Shown here piece by piece: positions 46,790 to 59,900 of a stretch of DNA of 64,000 nucleotides. The notes under the pieces are model-generated. The model was not told the DNA's origin, made no database searches, and saw nothing but the letters and a program-made list of their open reading frames with translations. This DNA is from Phoronis australis (lineage: Eukaryota > Animalia > Phoronida). How positions within the stretch are numbered: the first letter of the stretch is position 1; each line of letters starts with the position of its first letter. The stretch spans positions 8,254 through 72,253 of the forward strand of contig NMRA01000179.1 of the NCBI GenBank assembly GCA_002633005.1. Reading direction: 5' to 3'. Position numbers and translations under genes: made by a program.

Positions 46790-49700
46790 TTTCTAATTAT
46801 TTTTAGAAATGCTATTCTAGGAATTCTTGTGAAAGTTAGATCTACTGCTATTTCTATCGTTAAAAAACCATGGAGAACATTTCCTTTGTGTAATTCACAA
46901 ATCGTGGTCCTCGCGGTTTTTTTCGATCAGATCAATGCTCAACTTTTTTGATCGTTTTGACCGCACTTCTTAATGGTGCTGTGCTTCATATTAACATATT
47001 CTGTGGCTTTCGTAACCAAGTTTATAGAAAAGGCATGATACCTAATCAGTGGCAATGGGCCATGCCCCCCCCCCCTAAAATTCACCCAGATTCCATTTGG
47101 CAATACAGAGGTGCGAACGTCTGACAGGCAAAATCCTGGCTAACACTCTGCCTTGGGCCCCGGCTAACTCAAAATCCTGGATCCGACCCTGCTAATTACT
47201 CTATTAAGCTATCATTTTAAAAATGGAATAGTGAAATAGTTTAAAGATTTGACAAATCGGATGCTTTAATTGCATCAACCTGAGCATTCATTTCCTCAGT
47301 GGAATTCCTGTTTCTATCGAATGATGAAACAATTACATTGATTAGTGTCATGCAGAGTTCGGCAGGCATTAGCTGTCCCTTAATTCTCGTACTTCTTGAT
47401 TACGCGCATGAACATCAAAGCAAAGATAAAATCGTATTTCAGTATGACCGCGTCTAAAAACGAAAATTAAATCTGACTTGTTTTCTGGCGTCGGTTTAGT
47501 ATTTCTTCCCAGAAAAGGGAACAGCAAAACTCACCAGTGACACGCACGTAGACCACATTGTAAAGNTTTCGAATTATTTTTAAAAATGCTATTCTTGGAA
47601 TTCTTGTGAAAGTTACATCTACTGCTATTTCTATCGTTAAAAAACCATGGAACATTTCCTTTGTGTAATTCACAAATCGTGGTCCTCGCGGTTTTTTCGA
47701 TCAGATCAATGCTCAACTTTTTTGATCGTTTTGACCGCACTTCTTAATGGGGCTGTGCTTCATATTAACATATTCTGTGGCTTTCGTAACGAAGTTTATA
47801 GAAAAGGCATGATACCTAATCAGTGGCAATGGGCCATGCCCCCCCCCCCTAAAATTCACCCAGATTCCATTTGGCAATACAGAGGTGCGAACGTCTGACA
47901 GGCAAAATCCTGGCTAACACTCTGCCTTGGGCCCCGGCTAACTCAAAATCCTGGATCCGACCCTGCTAATTACTCTATTAAGCTATCATTTTAAAAATGG
48001 AATAGTGACAGTAGATTCCAGCACCGCTATCACCCTCCATCAGTAATCGAGTGACTCTTTCCTTAGCGTTATCGGTTGTACGATTTCTTAAAAAAACTGT
48101 GTATAAAGAACGTTCTCAAATCAATCAGTGCACGTTTTCAAATGAGCATAGACCGTCAATCCACGTACCAGGGACCCATAAGCATAAATGTCATGACTAT
48201 ATGGTCGCCCAAAGGGTAAATCCAACATTGGCCATTTTAGTGCGGAGCTACGTTCAGGCCTCCGCTGCCTGCGTCTATGCTTTCAAAACGAGACGAGGTG
48301 CAATATGTGGACGCTGCAACGAATCGGCCATTCTGACACCATGTTTTCAACATTCAGATCGCAGTACGTGTATTCACTGTATTCATGCGACTTCCTAACT
48401 GATCGATCCATCCGACTCAGTGAGGCCCGAGGTTGCTGGCAAATAATCATCAAGTACAAAATAATGGTTTATTATATTTTAGGTCTCATGAAAATACTGT
48501 ATCTGGTTAAATGAGCTAGGAGATAATCTGAACTGATGTAGTAGGGCATAATATGGACTCACAGTGTTGGCTTATAGGAACATGATGAGATACATGTAGA
48601 ACCAGATGACTTAGTCACTGTCAAAAAGGTCGCGGTGTCCAGATCTGGCAGGTGGCCGGAGCATGAGATTTTCCATTCACCGCCATGTGCCAAACAAAAC
48701 CGCCTACCTGTATGAGCTTGGGATATGAAATACAATTCGTTTTCATGGAGAACGACTTCAAGGTTCAACAGGCGTTTCAGTNGTGTTTTGCCTCACATTT
48801 GGTACACCTGCTCTACAAATTCTCTGAAAACCAAGATGGAGGAAACAGATTTGTTCAGTATAACAATAAATCATAGAATAACGACCATGGAATTGTTTAA
48901 AGTAATTGCTAGTCTACACTTACCTTCAGTTGGAGGTATTTCAGCGAAACCGTCTTGTTAGTTGATTGACTCAGTCAAAAGCATTCCCAGTATCAAAATA
49001 TTTATTGCAAGAAAACGTACCAGTCGGACAGTCAAAGCAAAAGGATTGATTTAACGTTACCATCTGTAGACAAGAGTTCGATATCATTGTTTAAAGTTTG
49101 CTAAGACCTATAAATTGTGATAAATCATTGAAGCATTACGAACTGACGGTTTTTATCTTTGAATATACTATACCTGCTACTGAGTTCTTTTTTTAATTCC
49201 AGGCGTCGATTATGGCCTTAGCGCTTATGGAACTTGTCAAATTCCTTTCAATTCTAAGAACAATGAGGTCGTCCAGTCTCTCGTCAATCATAGTTGAACA
49301 GATGCAATTTTTGATAATTTTCAGTTTGCTGAAAGTTTCTCGTCTTTTGCCACACTAACGGGCGGTGAAAAGCAGCCTAGCAGCTTTACAGTTATTCTTG
49401 TAAGCGAAGTTATACACACGCCGCTATTCGTGTCAAGAGGTGGCTTTAAGGACGTACACAGATTGATGAAGATATACTCAGCTCATGTTTGCTTTGTCGA
49501 TACTAACCGATGGCGGGCACTGGAGCTCGCAACTAAAATTGCTAATGAAGAATTTCTCTTTTGTAGGGACTGCAGATGTGGTTGAAATAATTTAACGAGA
49601 GGTTCAATATGGGAAAGTACGTTGTCTCGCTAAGGGCCAGCTATCGAGATCCTCATTCATCCATCTTCAGTATGTTTCGTGGAAACCCAGCTGCTGTTGA

Positions 49701-50100
49701 AGTTGAAGCGCTTTAGTCAAGCCTTGTTGGTGCACGCTTCGTCTTTTCGGCCTCAAACTCTTTCTCGGGGTTTGTGTTTAAAGATTTGACAAATCGGATG
49801 CTTTAATTGCATCAACCTGAGCATTCATTTCCTCAGTGGAATTCCTGTTTCTATCGAATGATGAAACAATTACATTGATTAGTGTCATGCAGAGTCCGGC
49901 AGGCATTGGGCTGTCCCTTCTCGTACTTCTTGATTACGCGCATGAACATCAAAGCAAAGATAAAATCGTATTTCAGTATGACCGCGTCTAAAAACGAAAA
50001 TTTAATCTGACTTGTTTTCTGGCGTCGGTTTAGTATTTCTTCCCAGAAAAGGGAACAGCAAAACTCACCAGTGACACGCACGTAGACCACATTGTAAAGT
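46790..50100. repeat. Mosaic duplication A-B-n-A-[1.77 kb]-B
   Basis: Block A 46790-47234 recurs at 47567-48008; block B 47240-47565 recurs at 49778-50099; a single N at 47566 separates the two versions. Confidence 0.85.
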
Positions 50101-50307
50101 GCACTATAGGAAAAACAAACCAATAACGAAAAAGTCCACATATCAGTGCAGACGTTTGCATAATTTCCAAACTTGAAAGTCTTTAATACTTGAATAGACC
50201 TGTTTGCCTAATTTTTCTATGGTTGATGTACTTTTCACTTGGAAAACCTACTAAATCGAAAGGAGCCTGGTGTCACACCCCCGACACCCCCAGAAGTTAC
50301 GGCCCTG
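49200..50307 (-). mobile_element. hAT transposon remnant (ZMYM1-like C-terminal dimerization domain)
   Basis: Minus strand 49385-49245 translates, across frameshifts, to LLFT.PVSVAKDE.TFSKLKIIKNCICSTMIDERLDDLIVLRIERE. A terminus-like CAGGGCCGTAACT sits at 50307-50295. Confidence 0.7.
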
Positions 50308-50381
50308 GAGATGAACTGAAATTGAACATAATTACAGTCGTTGGCTGCGCATATAGACTATAGCTGCATGGTGTAGGCTAT

Positions 50382-50963
50382 ACAGTGGCGGATCTAGGAT
50401 ATCACAAGGGGGGGGGGCAACTTTTTGTCCGGCTGTAAGCATTTGCGCAAACTGAACCACGATTGTAGATGCGCATAGCACCGTCGAAGTGGGGGGAGGT
50501 CCCGCCCAAGAAATTTTTCTGTTTTTACCTCTAAAAATCAAGCATTTCCTTGATTCCTGAAGANNNNNNNNNNNNNNNNNNNNNNNNNNNNNNNNNNNNN
50601 NNNNNNNNNNNNNNNNNNNNNNNNNNNNNNNNNNNNNNNNNNNNNNNNNNNNNNNNNNNNNNNNNNNNNNNNNNNNNNNNNNNNNNNNNNNNNNNNNNNN
50701 NNNNNNNNNNNNNNNNNNNNNNNNNNNNNNNNNNNNNNNNNNNNNNNNNNNNNNNNNNNNNNNNNNNNNNNNNNNNNNNNNNNNNNNNNNNNNNNNNNNN
50801 NNNNNNNNNNNNNNNNNNNNNNNNNNNNNNNNNNNNNNNNNNNNNNNNNNNNNNNNNNNNNNNNNNNNNNNNNNNNNNNNNNNNNNNNNNNNNNNNNNNN
50901 NNNNNNNNNNNNNNNNNNNNNNNNNNNNNNNNNNNNNNNNNNCCCCCCCTAAATCCGCCTATA
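50382..50963. mobile_element. Second copy of the CAGTGGCGGATCTAGG element, interior is an N gap
   Basis: Same termini and subterminal sequence as 42964-43931. Confidence 0.7.
50564..50942. other. Assembly gap
   Basis: Run of N. Confidence 1.
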
Positions 50964-51759
50964 TGACTATATGTCGGCCGACGATGATTTAAGTGCCGGC
51001 TACTCACAATGTGTGACTGGCCAAAGCGTTTTCAAAATAATGTCGAAAAATCAGTGGAGTGTGAGACCCCTGCGTTCCCTGTCAATTCATGACGACAATT
51101 CTACGTTATGAACACGGCGAAACACGGTTTGCGCACCGGTTGCCGGATCCGATCAGAACAAAGCGACGGCCCGTCTTCGACTTTCCCATATGCTTGGTAA
51201 CCGCTGCATGGCTAATAATTCTACTTTGTATTTTGTGGCTTCAACACTACTTTTTAGGCCCAACAATGTGAGTTCTTGCTGCGAATTCAGGAGTCACGTT
51301 CGACTAAAATGTGTAAAAATTAGCCGCCTCACCTGAGTGGTAAATGCACACAGCACTAATTTCGATTTTTCGCGTCCACGCCAGTAAATTTTTAAGATTG
51401 GCTGAATCTTGGACTAGAAGCCAAGATATAATCTTGTCGAACGGGATGTCATGTCAGTCATTGGGCTTTTTTATTTCCACCTCGGACGACATGTTTAGGT
51501 CTCCCACGAATCCGACCATAACTTAAAAGTACATGTAACCCAAAACAACGTAGACAGGTGCGCTCTCTATTGAGCGTAAGTATAACCGTACTCGTGACAC
51601 AGAGATTTTCATTATTTTTGCGTTCAATTTAAAGATATAAACATAAAGTCATTTTAAAACATTCTTGTATGTTTAAGATTATTTGCAACTTTGAGACTGT
51701 AATTATGTATTCTGTGTCTTTCTTTTAACAGTAATTTACTGAAATAAAAACATTGTTTG

Positions 51760-51910
51760 AAGTATTTATGGGGTGCGCGCGCATATAATTCCAACTGGAA
51801 GTTTTTAGTTTTGTTTACAGCGGTGAAGAGTCAGCTGGGACGTTTGACATGTGCACCGTGTTTTATAGATGAATATTCTCAAAAGCATGACTGATGACAC
51901 AGAAAGAAGG
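51760..51910 (+). promoter_or_regulatory. Putative promoter and non-coding first exon of the kinesin gene
   Basis: CpG-containing GTGCGCGCGCA (NRF1-like), TGTTTAC forkhead site and a donor-like AAG|GTGTGT at about 51909. The ATG exon has an acceptor at 53895, so an upstream UTR exon is needed. Confidence 0.35.
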
Positions 51911-53059
51911 TGTGTGTACGCGCGTGCGTGTTTGTACGTGTATAGTTTCACGCAGAGCTGATTAGGTCAAACCGAAATCGCAAACTTCAAGCTGGTTCGT
52001 ATTTATAAATTTCTAACACCGGACATTGCCGCCTGCTAAACTTTGGATTCAATTGCGGTTTTTCGTCTTTGTGATATTTTCCGTTATCCATTAAAGCGAC
52101 ATTAAACCCGTGTTTAGTGTCAATAAACCAAGATTTGATTTAGCTTGGCCACTTACTGGGGGGGGGGGGGGGCNGATTCAACTGCGGTTTTTCTGGTCAT
52201 AGTATTCCTTATTCATAGTAAATGCGATTTGTGGGTTTGCAAAATACTAGTCTATTAATACTGGGTCCCTATTCAATCCTTCGTTCAATCCTTCATATCG
52301 CCTAAAAATGATCACCCATGGATGAGATATACCTCAACCAATTCGTCATTGTCCACTATTTACTCCTATGCTACAAGTATTTTGATTCAAGCTTTCACTT
52401 TCCAAAAATTTGCCAACAAACTTGCTATGGAGTGACAGACTCGTTTGTGTGCATCCAGTTTTCAATGCATTAGCTGCCTCAACGACATCTGGCGTTGAAA
52501 ATTACAACTAAAGTACCATACAAACCCGAATCCGGTTTCCACGGTATATCTTCAGTTTACGAGAATTCATGGCGTAGGAAAATGATGTCAATAAATAAAA
52601 TACTAGTATCCGAGTTCCCGCTGCACAGAACTATGTCGCTGCATCCTGCATCACACATTCACCTCAAAATAATGTGCATGTATGTATCTCATGTATATGA
52701 ATTAATTAATGGCACAAATTTGTATTTTCTACGTTACTAGCTTACGCATTTCGACGCTAGGTGTCCTTGTCATCGCACCTGAATTTCTAAAGCTTATGTG
52801 AAAAAACGAGAAATTTCTGCTCTGTCCCGTATGCCAAGTTTGGCATTGAATTTTTTGGAAAATGGGGTCTTGAATCAAAATAGTTTTAGCATAAGGGTAA
52901 AGAGTGGACAGTGACGAATCGATTGAGGAATATATCATCCATGTGGGATCATTTTTGTAGGAGATGTGAAGGATTGAATAGGGACCCAGCAACTAGACTT
53001 TTACCTGGAAAAGTTTAGACAGTGCCACAGTCTCTACTTAGCTGTATATAACGGTTATG

Positions 53060-53295
53060 CTCCCATTGGGCCTTCATACACTGGAAGCTTTTCGGTGAAT
53101 TATCGCTCACACTGATTAATCTATCAAAGTTGAGGTTGCTATTTACCTTTTTGGAATAAAGGGACACCATTAGGAGGCCATCGATGTCTTTAATTTCTTC
53201 CAACTCAAACAAATACACCCGTAATCAAACTTTTTTCCAAGCAGTACTCTGTTCAGTTGCCCAAATCAGCAACTAGTCATTTTTACTCTGCACGC
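53060..53295 (+). mobile_element. Diverged fragment of the Mutator-like TIR family (small piece also at about 19990-20028)
   Basis: GGAAGCTTTTCGGTGAATTAT..TCAAAGTT..TTCTTCCAACTCAAACAAATAC aligns with 18066-18250. Confidence 0.6.
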
Positions 53296-53917
53296 ACCCA
53301 GGAATATGACGTTATATCTCCTGGTGCACACAATGTAAAAATGGCCTGTTGCCGATCTGGGCAACTGATTGAAAGAGTGGTCAGAAAAGATGATTCAGGT
53401 TAATTTTATGGCATTTGTGCAAGTTGCTTAGTGATTTTTGTCAGTTATGGAGGGAAGTGTATAAAACTTGGCTGACATCACTTGGAAATAATCAATGCTA
53501 GTTCACCAAAATCTCAGCTTGCATTTTGAAATCTCAGGTCTCAAATGAGACCTTCAACTCGATACGTTGAGCCTTGTCACTCATTAGAGAGGTATGGATA
53601 GGATATGGGTTGGATATTTCCCCTGTCTCAGGTACCCACTTTCCTTGTTTCCTAGGTGCTGGATTGGTTTGGCGTTTCATTGTGAGGCAGCATTCCCTAT
53701 CCATCATTTGATAGAGAGCCCCGGGATTGCAACACCAATATAATTTGTCATTCAGTTTTGAGCATTGATTGTAAACCTTGGCGATGAGTACCAACCATCT
53801 AAGTAGTCTCTGTGCAGAAAGTACAAGGTGTGTCATTGTCTCTGTCTTTGTAATGGCTATATATATGGCTTATTTTGACAATTTTTATTTTTTAGGTGGC
53901 TGTGAAGCCTTCACAGA

Positions 53918-56900
53918 ATGGCAGAGGTCAATGTGAGAGTTGCTGTGCGGGTAAGAATGACGTAGATTTACACGGGACATTGTGATGGGGGAAAATTGCA
54001 AAGTAGACTGGCAAGACAATTCAGTGGACATGTGAGCTAGACTGTTGTTGTAGCTCTGTGTGTGGTATTGATTCCCACGTGTAATGCTTGTCCAACTTGA
54101 CCTACTTTATTGATTGCTCATCTTGCCCGATTTATGTGACATTATAATGTCAGACACAGAATGTCATATGGTTTCTTGGCGGTGACAGTTAAAGTTTGTC
54201 TCAGAACACCGTATTTGGCAAATTTTGCACACAAGAAATCAAAAATATGAAACCAACCAAAAAAAAAACATTAAAGAAACCGTTTTCTACCTCTATTTAA
54301 TTGTGTCAAAATGTCAGATGTTTAGAGTTTACTAATTGTTTACATCTGCTGGAGCATGGTGAGGCTTCAGCTGTTATTAGTGGACGTGAAATCAGTACAT
54401 AAGTTCAACGCTAAATCTTTGTGAGAGACCGTCCGGAGTTGGTATATGGTACAACTCCGGATGGTCTGGGGTCAACAGAAAACCACAGTTCAACTGTGAG
54501 TCTACACCAATGTGATAAACAAGAGTAGCTCTACTTGCTGCGTCAGCTGCTGGTATGCTTATCTCTTCTATGACACACAATGTGTGACAGGGAAAAGAGT
54601 TTTCAAAATAATGTGGATAAATCAGTGGAGTGTGAGACCCTTGAGGTCCCTGTCAAGTGCTCACGGCAATTCTACATTATGTTTGAAACATGCAGACACA
54701 TTGACATGCAGACTGACATCTCCCAAATGGTGCATGCTGCACCGCATAACTGTCCTTTGTGTGACTGTAGCTTGTGCAACCATGCACTCTTACTAGGGAC
54801 CCTAGATGAATCAGTTTCGGAGTATGTTGAAGATCGATTTCATGGTTCTCTAAAAATACTTAGAAATCAAACAGAATTCTCCTTACCAGGACAAAAATTC
54901 CCTCCCTATGAAAATTAACCCAAAGGTTAGAATCAATTTCAATGCTTACTGACATTCGACCTCAGAAGGGTTTTTATTTGAGTGGATCTGAAGGTGACTG
55001 GAAGTGAATTTCCTTAATTGGAAAATTCCCCAGTAAGAAGGCTCAGGCATCTTCCACTCAGCTGAACAAAGAAAAAGTTGCTTTTGAACAGCTTATGACA
55101 GTATTTCTAATTGAAACTGTTCTCACGTAATTCACATTTATTAGCCTAAATCTGACAGTCACATCATCTTATCAGCATGAACTCAAGTCTCTTGTTGATG
55201 TATTTCTTTGGATATGGAATTCTGGAAATTCTGCATTTTATACTCCTTGTTGTTTGCATCCTGAATATAGCTTCTCACTTTCTACCAAAGGTCCGGCCGT
55301 TGCTTCCCAAAGAGAAGGTGTCTGGGGAGCAACTGTGTGTACGAGTGGTGCCCTCTAACAACCAGATTGTCGTTGGGAAGGATCGATCATTCACCTTTGA
55401 CCATGTGCTCATGTCCAAGAGTTCTCAGGTAAGACTAACCGAGTTACAAAAATTAACTGTCATTTCAGTTACTGAATACTATCAACTTGTTGGGTTGGTT
55501 TGTGAAGACTACTTGTCTCAGTATTAATTGGACAAAGCATTTTGACATCATAATATTGGTTCTGGTGTCATATTGTGCAAGAAATATAAACATTGATAAT
55601 TCCAATGAAGTGCCTCTTTTGCCAGCCATTCATCCAAGCATTTCACAATATTGCAAGCAGGTTTATAACTCAGTCCATTGTTTTCGAGTATGGAAGCCAC
55701 TCATTTTCAAAAACGGTGTTCAAAATTGTCATTTTTATCTTTCAATAGGTGATTGCAGTGCTACCAATAATCAGAATTCTTTGTGTTGCTTTATGAGGCA
55801 CATAGCTATTGTACAATAGAATTTTCTGAGTAATCCTTTTTCGAATTGTTGTAAAATAAATTTGAACAGTTGTGCCATTGACATTGTTTGTTAATTAGAT
55901 GTTCAAAAAATGTCATACTTTGCGCATGATTTATTTGATATTACATTCACAATTACATTGCATTCTTCCAAATCACCACATGAATGTCGTTCATCAAGTG
56001 GGTGACTACATCTGTGTGTGTTATGTACACCCGAAGTGTAGTTACTCAAGAGACGAACTCATCAGTGTTGCAAACTGCCAACAGTAACTCTGTTTTCACT
56101 GTTTGTCCACTCTCTGTTTATATCCATGTAGGAGGAGGTGTTCAAAACGTGTGTTGAACCATTGGTCAGGAGCTGCTTTGAAGGTTACAACTCCACAATA
56201 TTTGCCTATGGTCAAACGGTAAGTATATATTATTGGCTGCTTTTTGCAATATTTCTAGACCTCTGAACTGCTGGTGATTAGACATTAAAGTTACACTGAG
56301 TGCCTCTTCGGCGGGCCAAACATGACTAACTTCAAAATAAAATTAAATGTAGAGAATGAAGCGGTTTATCATGTCAAAAATAACACCCGTAAACTGCATT
56401 TTGACCTCAGTATAACCACATAAAAGAAGAACAGAACTTTTTGCTATTCCATACTTTCCACCTTCTGTTTTGGAAATAGCTGCTCACGCAGTGCTGACAA
56501 TTACAAATCTTATAGCTGTTTCAGACTCTTAAAACTGGTGATTTTTATATCGATCAAAACATTCCAACTGTTATTTGGAGGATTGGAGAAATTGGCACTA
56601 AAAGGTGGTTTACAATAATCACTACTTGCATGTGACTTGTGTTTGAAATTGTCATCAAATGGGCATCAACTAGTTTCATCTGAAAATAAAGTTAACATCC
56701 TGTTCTCAAGTCCAGTGAATCAAAACATATTATACAATTCAGACTACCGAGTGGTCCAATGATAAAATGACTGTTGATTCAATCTTCTGGAACCCCTCAG
56801 TGTGGGAAAACGAATACGTGACCTGGCTCATTAATACTTTGGCTGAACATTAAAATCTAGTGGCCTTATTCTGCATCTGGTGATCACATACTGCTCACAG

Positions 56901-59900
56901 ATTTGCTGCCACTTGCAATGGTATAGCCATAGTATTGATGGGTCTGGCCACTGGAGTGTTTCTCCCTCCTTAACTTAATGTGTAACTATGGGGAATTCAC
57001 CAGAAAATTATCAATGTTACAGGGATCAGGCAAAACTTATACAATTGGTGGAGGCAATATCGCATCGCTCACAGAGGAAGAATTTGGAGTAATTCCACGT
57101 GCCGTCCAAGAAATTTTTTCAATCATACAAGTAAGTTTAGTTATGACTAGAATTATCGTGTCTTACCACTTCATGCTGCAGTGGTTTAAGGCGCCCTCTG
57201 TATAGCAGTCTCAGTGGTTCGCCTCTTAAGCTTAGGCACTATAAGCCAAGGTTGGGTTTGAAATAGTTCCCAATGTGTGTCTGATGCTTGACCATAGTAT
57301 ATTTCGAAATTCTGTGCTCTGAGATTTCATTTTTTCTCTCTAACTTGTTTGAAGCATTGGCTTGTTCAGTGAGAGATTGAATTTGCAACAGGCCGTGCTG
57401 AATTTGTGCAGGTTATGTGAGTTGAAGTATTGAGTCTAAATGTGAAATGCCGAGGCTTAAAAAATTTGTCACCAATTCTGAATAGGCTGTGGCTTGTTCA
57501 TTTCAGTCCAAACCCACAACGCACCAGGTTGGGGTGAAAGTGTCCTACATCGAGCTGTACAAAGAAGAACTAAGAGACCTGCTGGATATTGAGACTTCCA
57601 GTAAAGACCTGCATGTGCGAGAGGACGACCACGGAAACACTGGTTTGTCTTGAGCATAATATATTAGGAAGCTAAACAATTTTTTCTAAGAGTCAAATGC
57701 TGTCTATTTCTGAGTTACACTGTGTCGTTCTACTGTTTCATTGTGTCAGACCCAGATAAAAGTCCCCAACCTTACTGTATTCACTGTTACACAATAGGTC
57801 TGGGTTCATTTATCAAATCCATCTGCAGGGTGTGGTCTCTCATCACATTGTATAAAAAGAGCATGTCCATTGAATTTAGATGTACTAGTCTCAGTGTTTT
57901 TAGTTCGAGTCACTGGCCAGGAGCTCCAAGTACAGTAAATGGATTTTGCTGTCCAGGCTTTAGTCAGAGTGGTTATCAGCCTGGCAACTTATTCCTTCTA
58001 ATTAGTTTTGTATTATTATTTTGGAAGGGTCCTTATAACCTTCATGATTTATCTTGCAGTAATCACTGGCACACGTGAGGTGACATGTGAGTCCAAGGAT
58101 GAGGTCATGTATGTTCTGGAACATGGCTCCGCCTCCCGGCACACTGGCTCCACCCAGATGAATGAACATTCCAGTCGTTCACATTCCATCTTCACAATTA
58201 TTATTGGTGAGTGACACACGAATCAATTGTCCATTAGACTTGAGGCTATTCCCACAAAAATAATTACTCTCACATAACTTTAATTTGGCTTTCTAGTCTT
58301 GAGCCATGGCATATTGGGTACTGAGGTGTAATCAGTAGTGGGTCTGGTTGTTGTAAAGATTGGAAATAGAGATACTGGCACTTGTAGGAAGAGAGTCTTG
58401 TTTGGAAATAACATCAAAGATGAAAAATTTTGTTTTTTCCCTAATTATAGTTTACGGATTTTTTATTTTCCCCTATTTGGATATGCTCTACTTACTAGAT
58501 TTGTTTTCATCTGAATCATTGTCTGTGCAGTATTACAATAATTCCTCTGAGAACACTTTTGCTTTATCCAGAACAACACTGGACAGAGGGGGACCAGCAA
58601 GAGTCGTCCAGCGCACAGATCTCTCCTGATGAGGTGTTGGACGAAGGCAACTCAACGGGTTTGTCCTGTTTATTGTGCTCACAGAAATTGTCTGGTAGTT
58701 GCAACATCAGCTAGAGTGCTAGTGCTACTTGTATTATTTGTCCCAGAACAAACATTAACAAGTGCCCAACCTTTCGTGGTTCTATTTTTAATCTATTGAG
58801 TGACTGACTTAGGTGTAGCAAAGTATGCTTTCATGTTTTACTTGGCAAGTTAAGTTAGCTTATAGTTTTTACTTGTGTTCATGTCTTGTATTATTGAAGT
58901 TTCAGTGTTTGCACTATTTTTTATTGATTTTCATGTGTATTTTTTCCACTTTAAATACTCCAATATTTATGATCACAAACTCTGCGTGACTACTGTGACA
59001 TACAAGGTGTGTCAAGGAGTACAACAACTGTTGGCACAGGCTTTAATGAGCAATCCAATGTCACTGGCCATTTCATTACAAACCCTCTACGTACCCTACA
59101 CTTACTGCATGGACAAAATCAAAAAGCTAGTTCATTGACAGTGACGTGACAATTATATTAAAGCTTGTCCATCTTTTTGAAGTACCATTTAGTTAAATTA
59201 TCTGAATTTAAATGGTACTAGGTCTTTTTAGGATTTCGTGAAAATGGTCTGTGTGACATGTACCTTCTTCAAGACAATCTCGTGTCGTGGAGACAGCCTT
59301 GATCAGTATAATGTTGAGCTAAACTGCCCTGTGTTGATGGAGCAACTGGATATGATTGTTACATATTTCAGAAATGACTCACTGTATGAGTGCCAAGTTT
59401 CACTTTGTCGACTTGGCCGGCTCAGAGAGGGCGCACAAGACAGGAAATGTTGGTGACAGGTTTAAAGGTATGGGAGATAGCTTCTCATGTGTGAATTTGT
59501 ACTCAGAAATTGTTCATGGAGCTCAAAGTTTTTATTCATTGTCTAGATTTGAACCGCCTTTGCCAGTTATGGTTCCTACAAGTCGTGCAGAAATCAGTAT
59601 TTTACTCCCTTTGATAAACACTCTATTGACTATTCTGTCTTTCCACTTTCTATCTTCCTCTGCCCATTTTGAGAAATCCTAAAAAACGTAAGTAAAACAA
59701 GTTTTTTTGGTTCCAGAACTGAGCCCATGAGCCGACATTCTGTATTGTTTCAGTAATCAACCTATAGACTTGCATTTGATTGGGCCTGCTTTCTGAATTT
59801 CAGGCAGGCCTCTATTTCGAACATTACGGTGTTATTAAGAGATTCAAGACAGTGTATTATTTGTTTAGCAGATATCCATAACTCAAACTCTTTTATGTTT

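Noticed and set aside
50531-51007. Long ORFs spanning X residues
   Set aside because: Artefacts of the N gap.
53348-53435. RFX X-box-like motifs near the ciliary kinesin gene
   Set aside because: Spacer length and half-sites deviate from consensus and lie next to TE-derived sequence; too weak to call.
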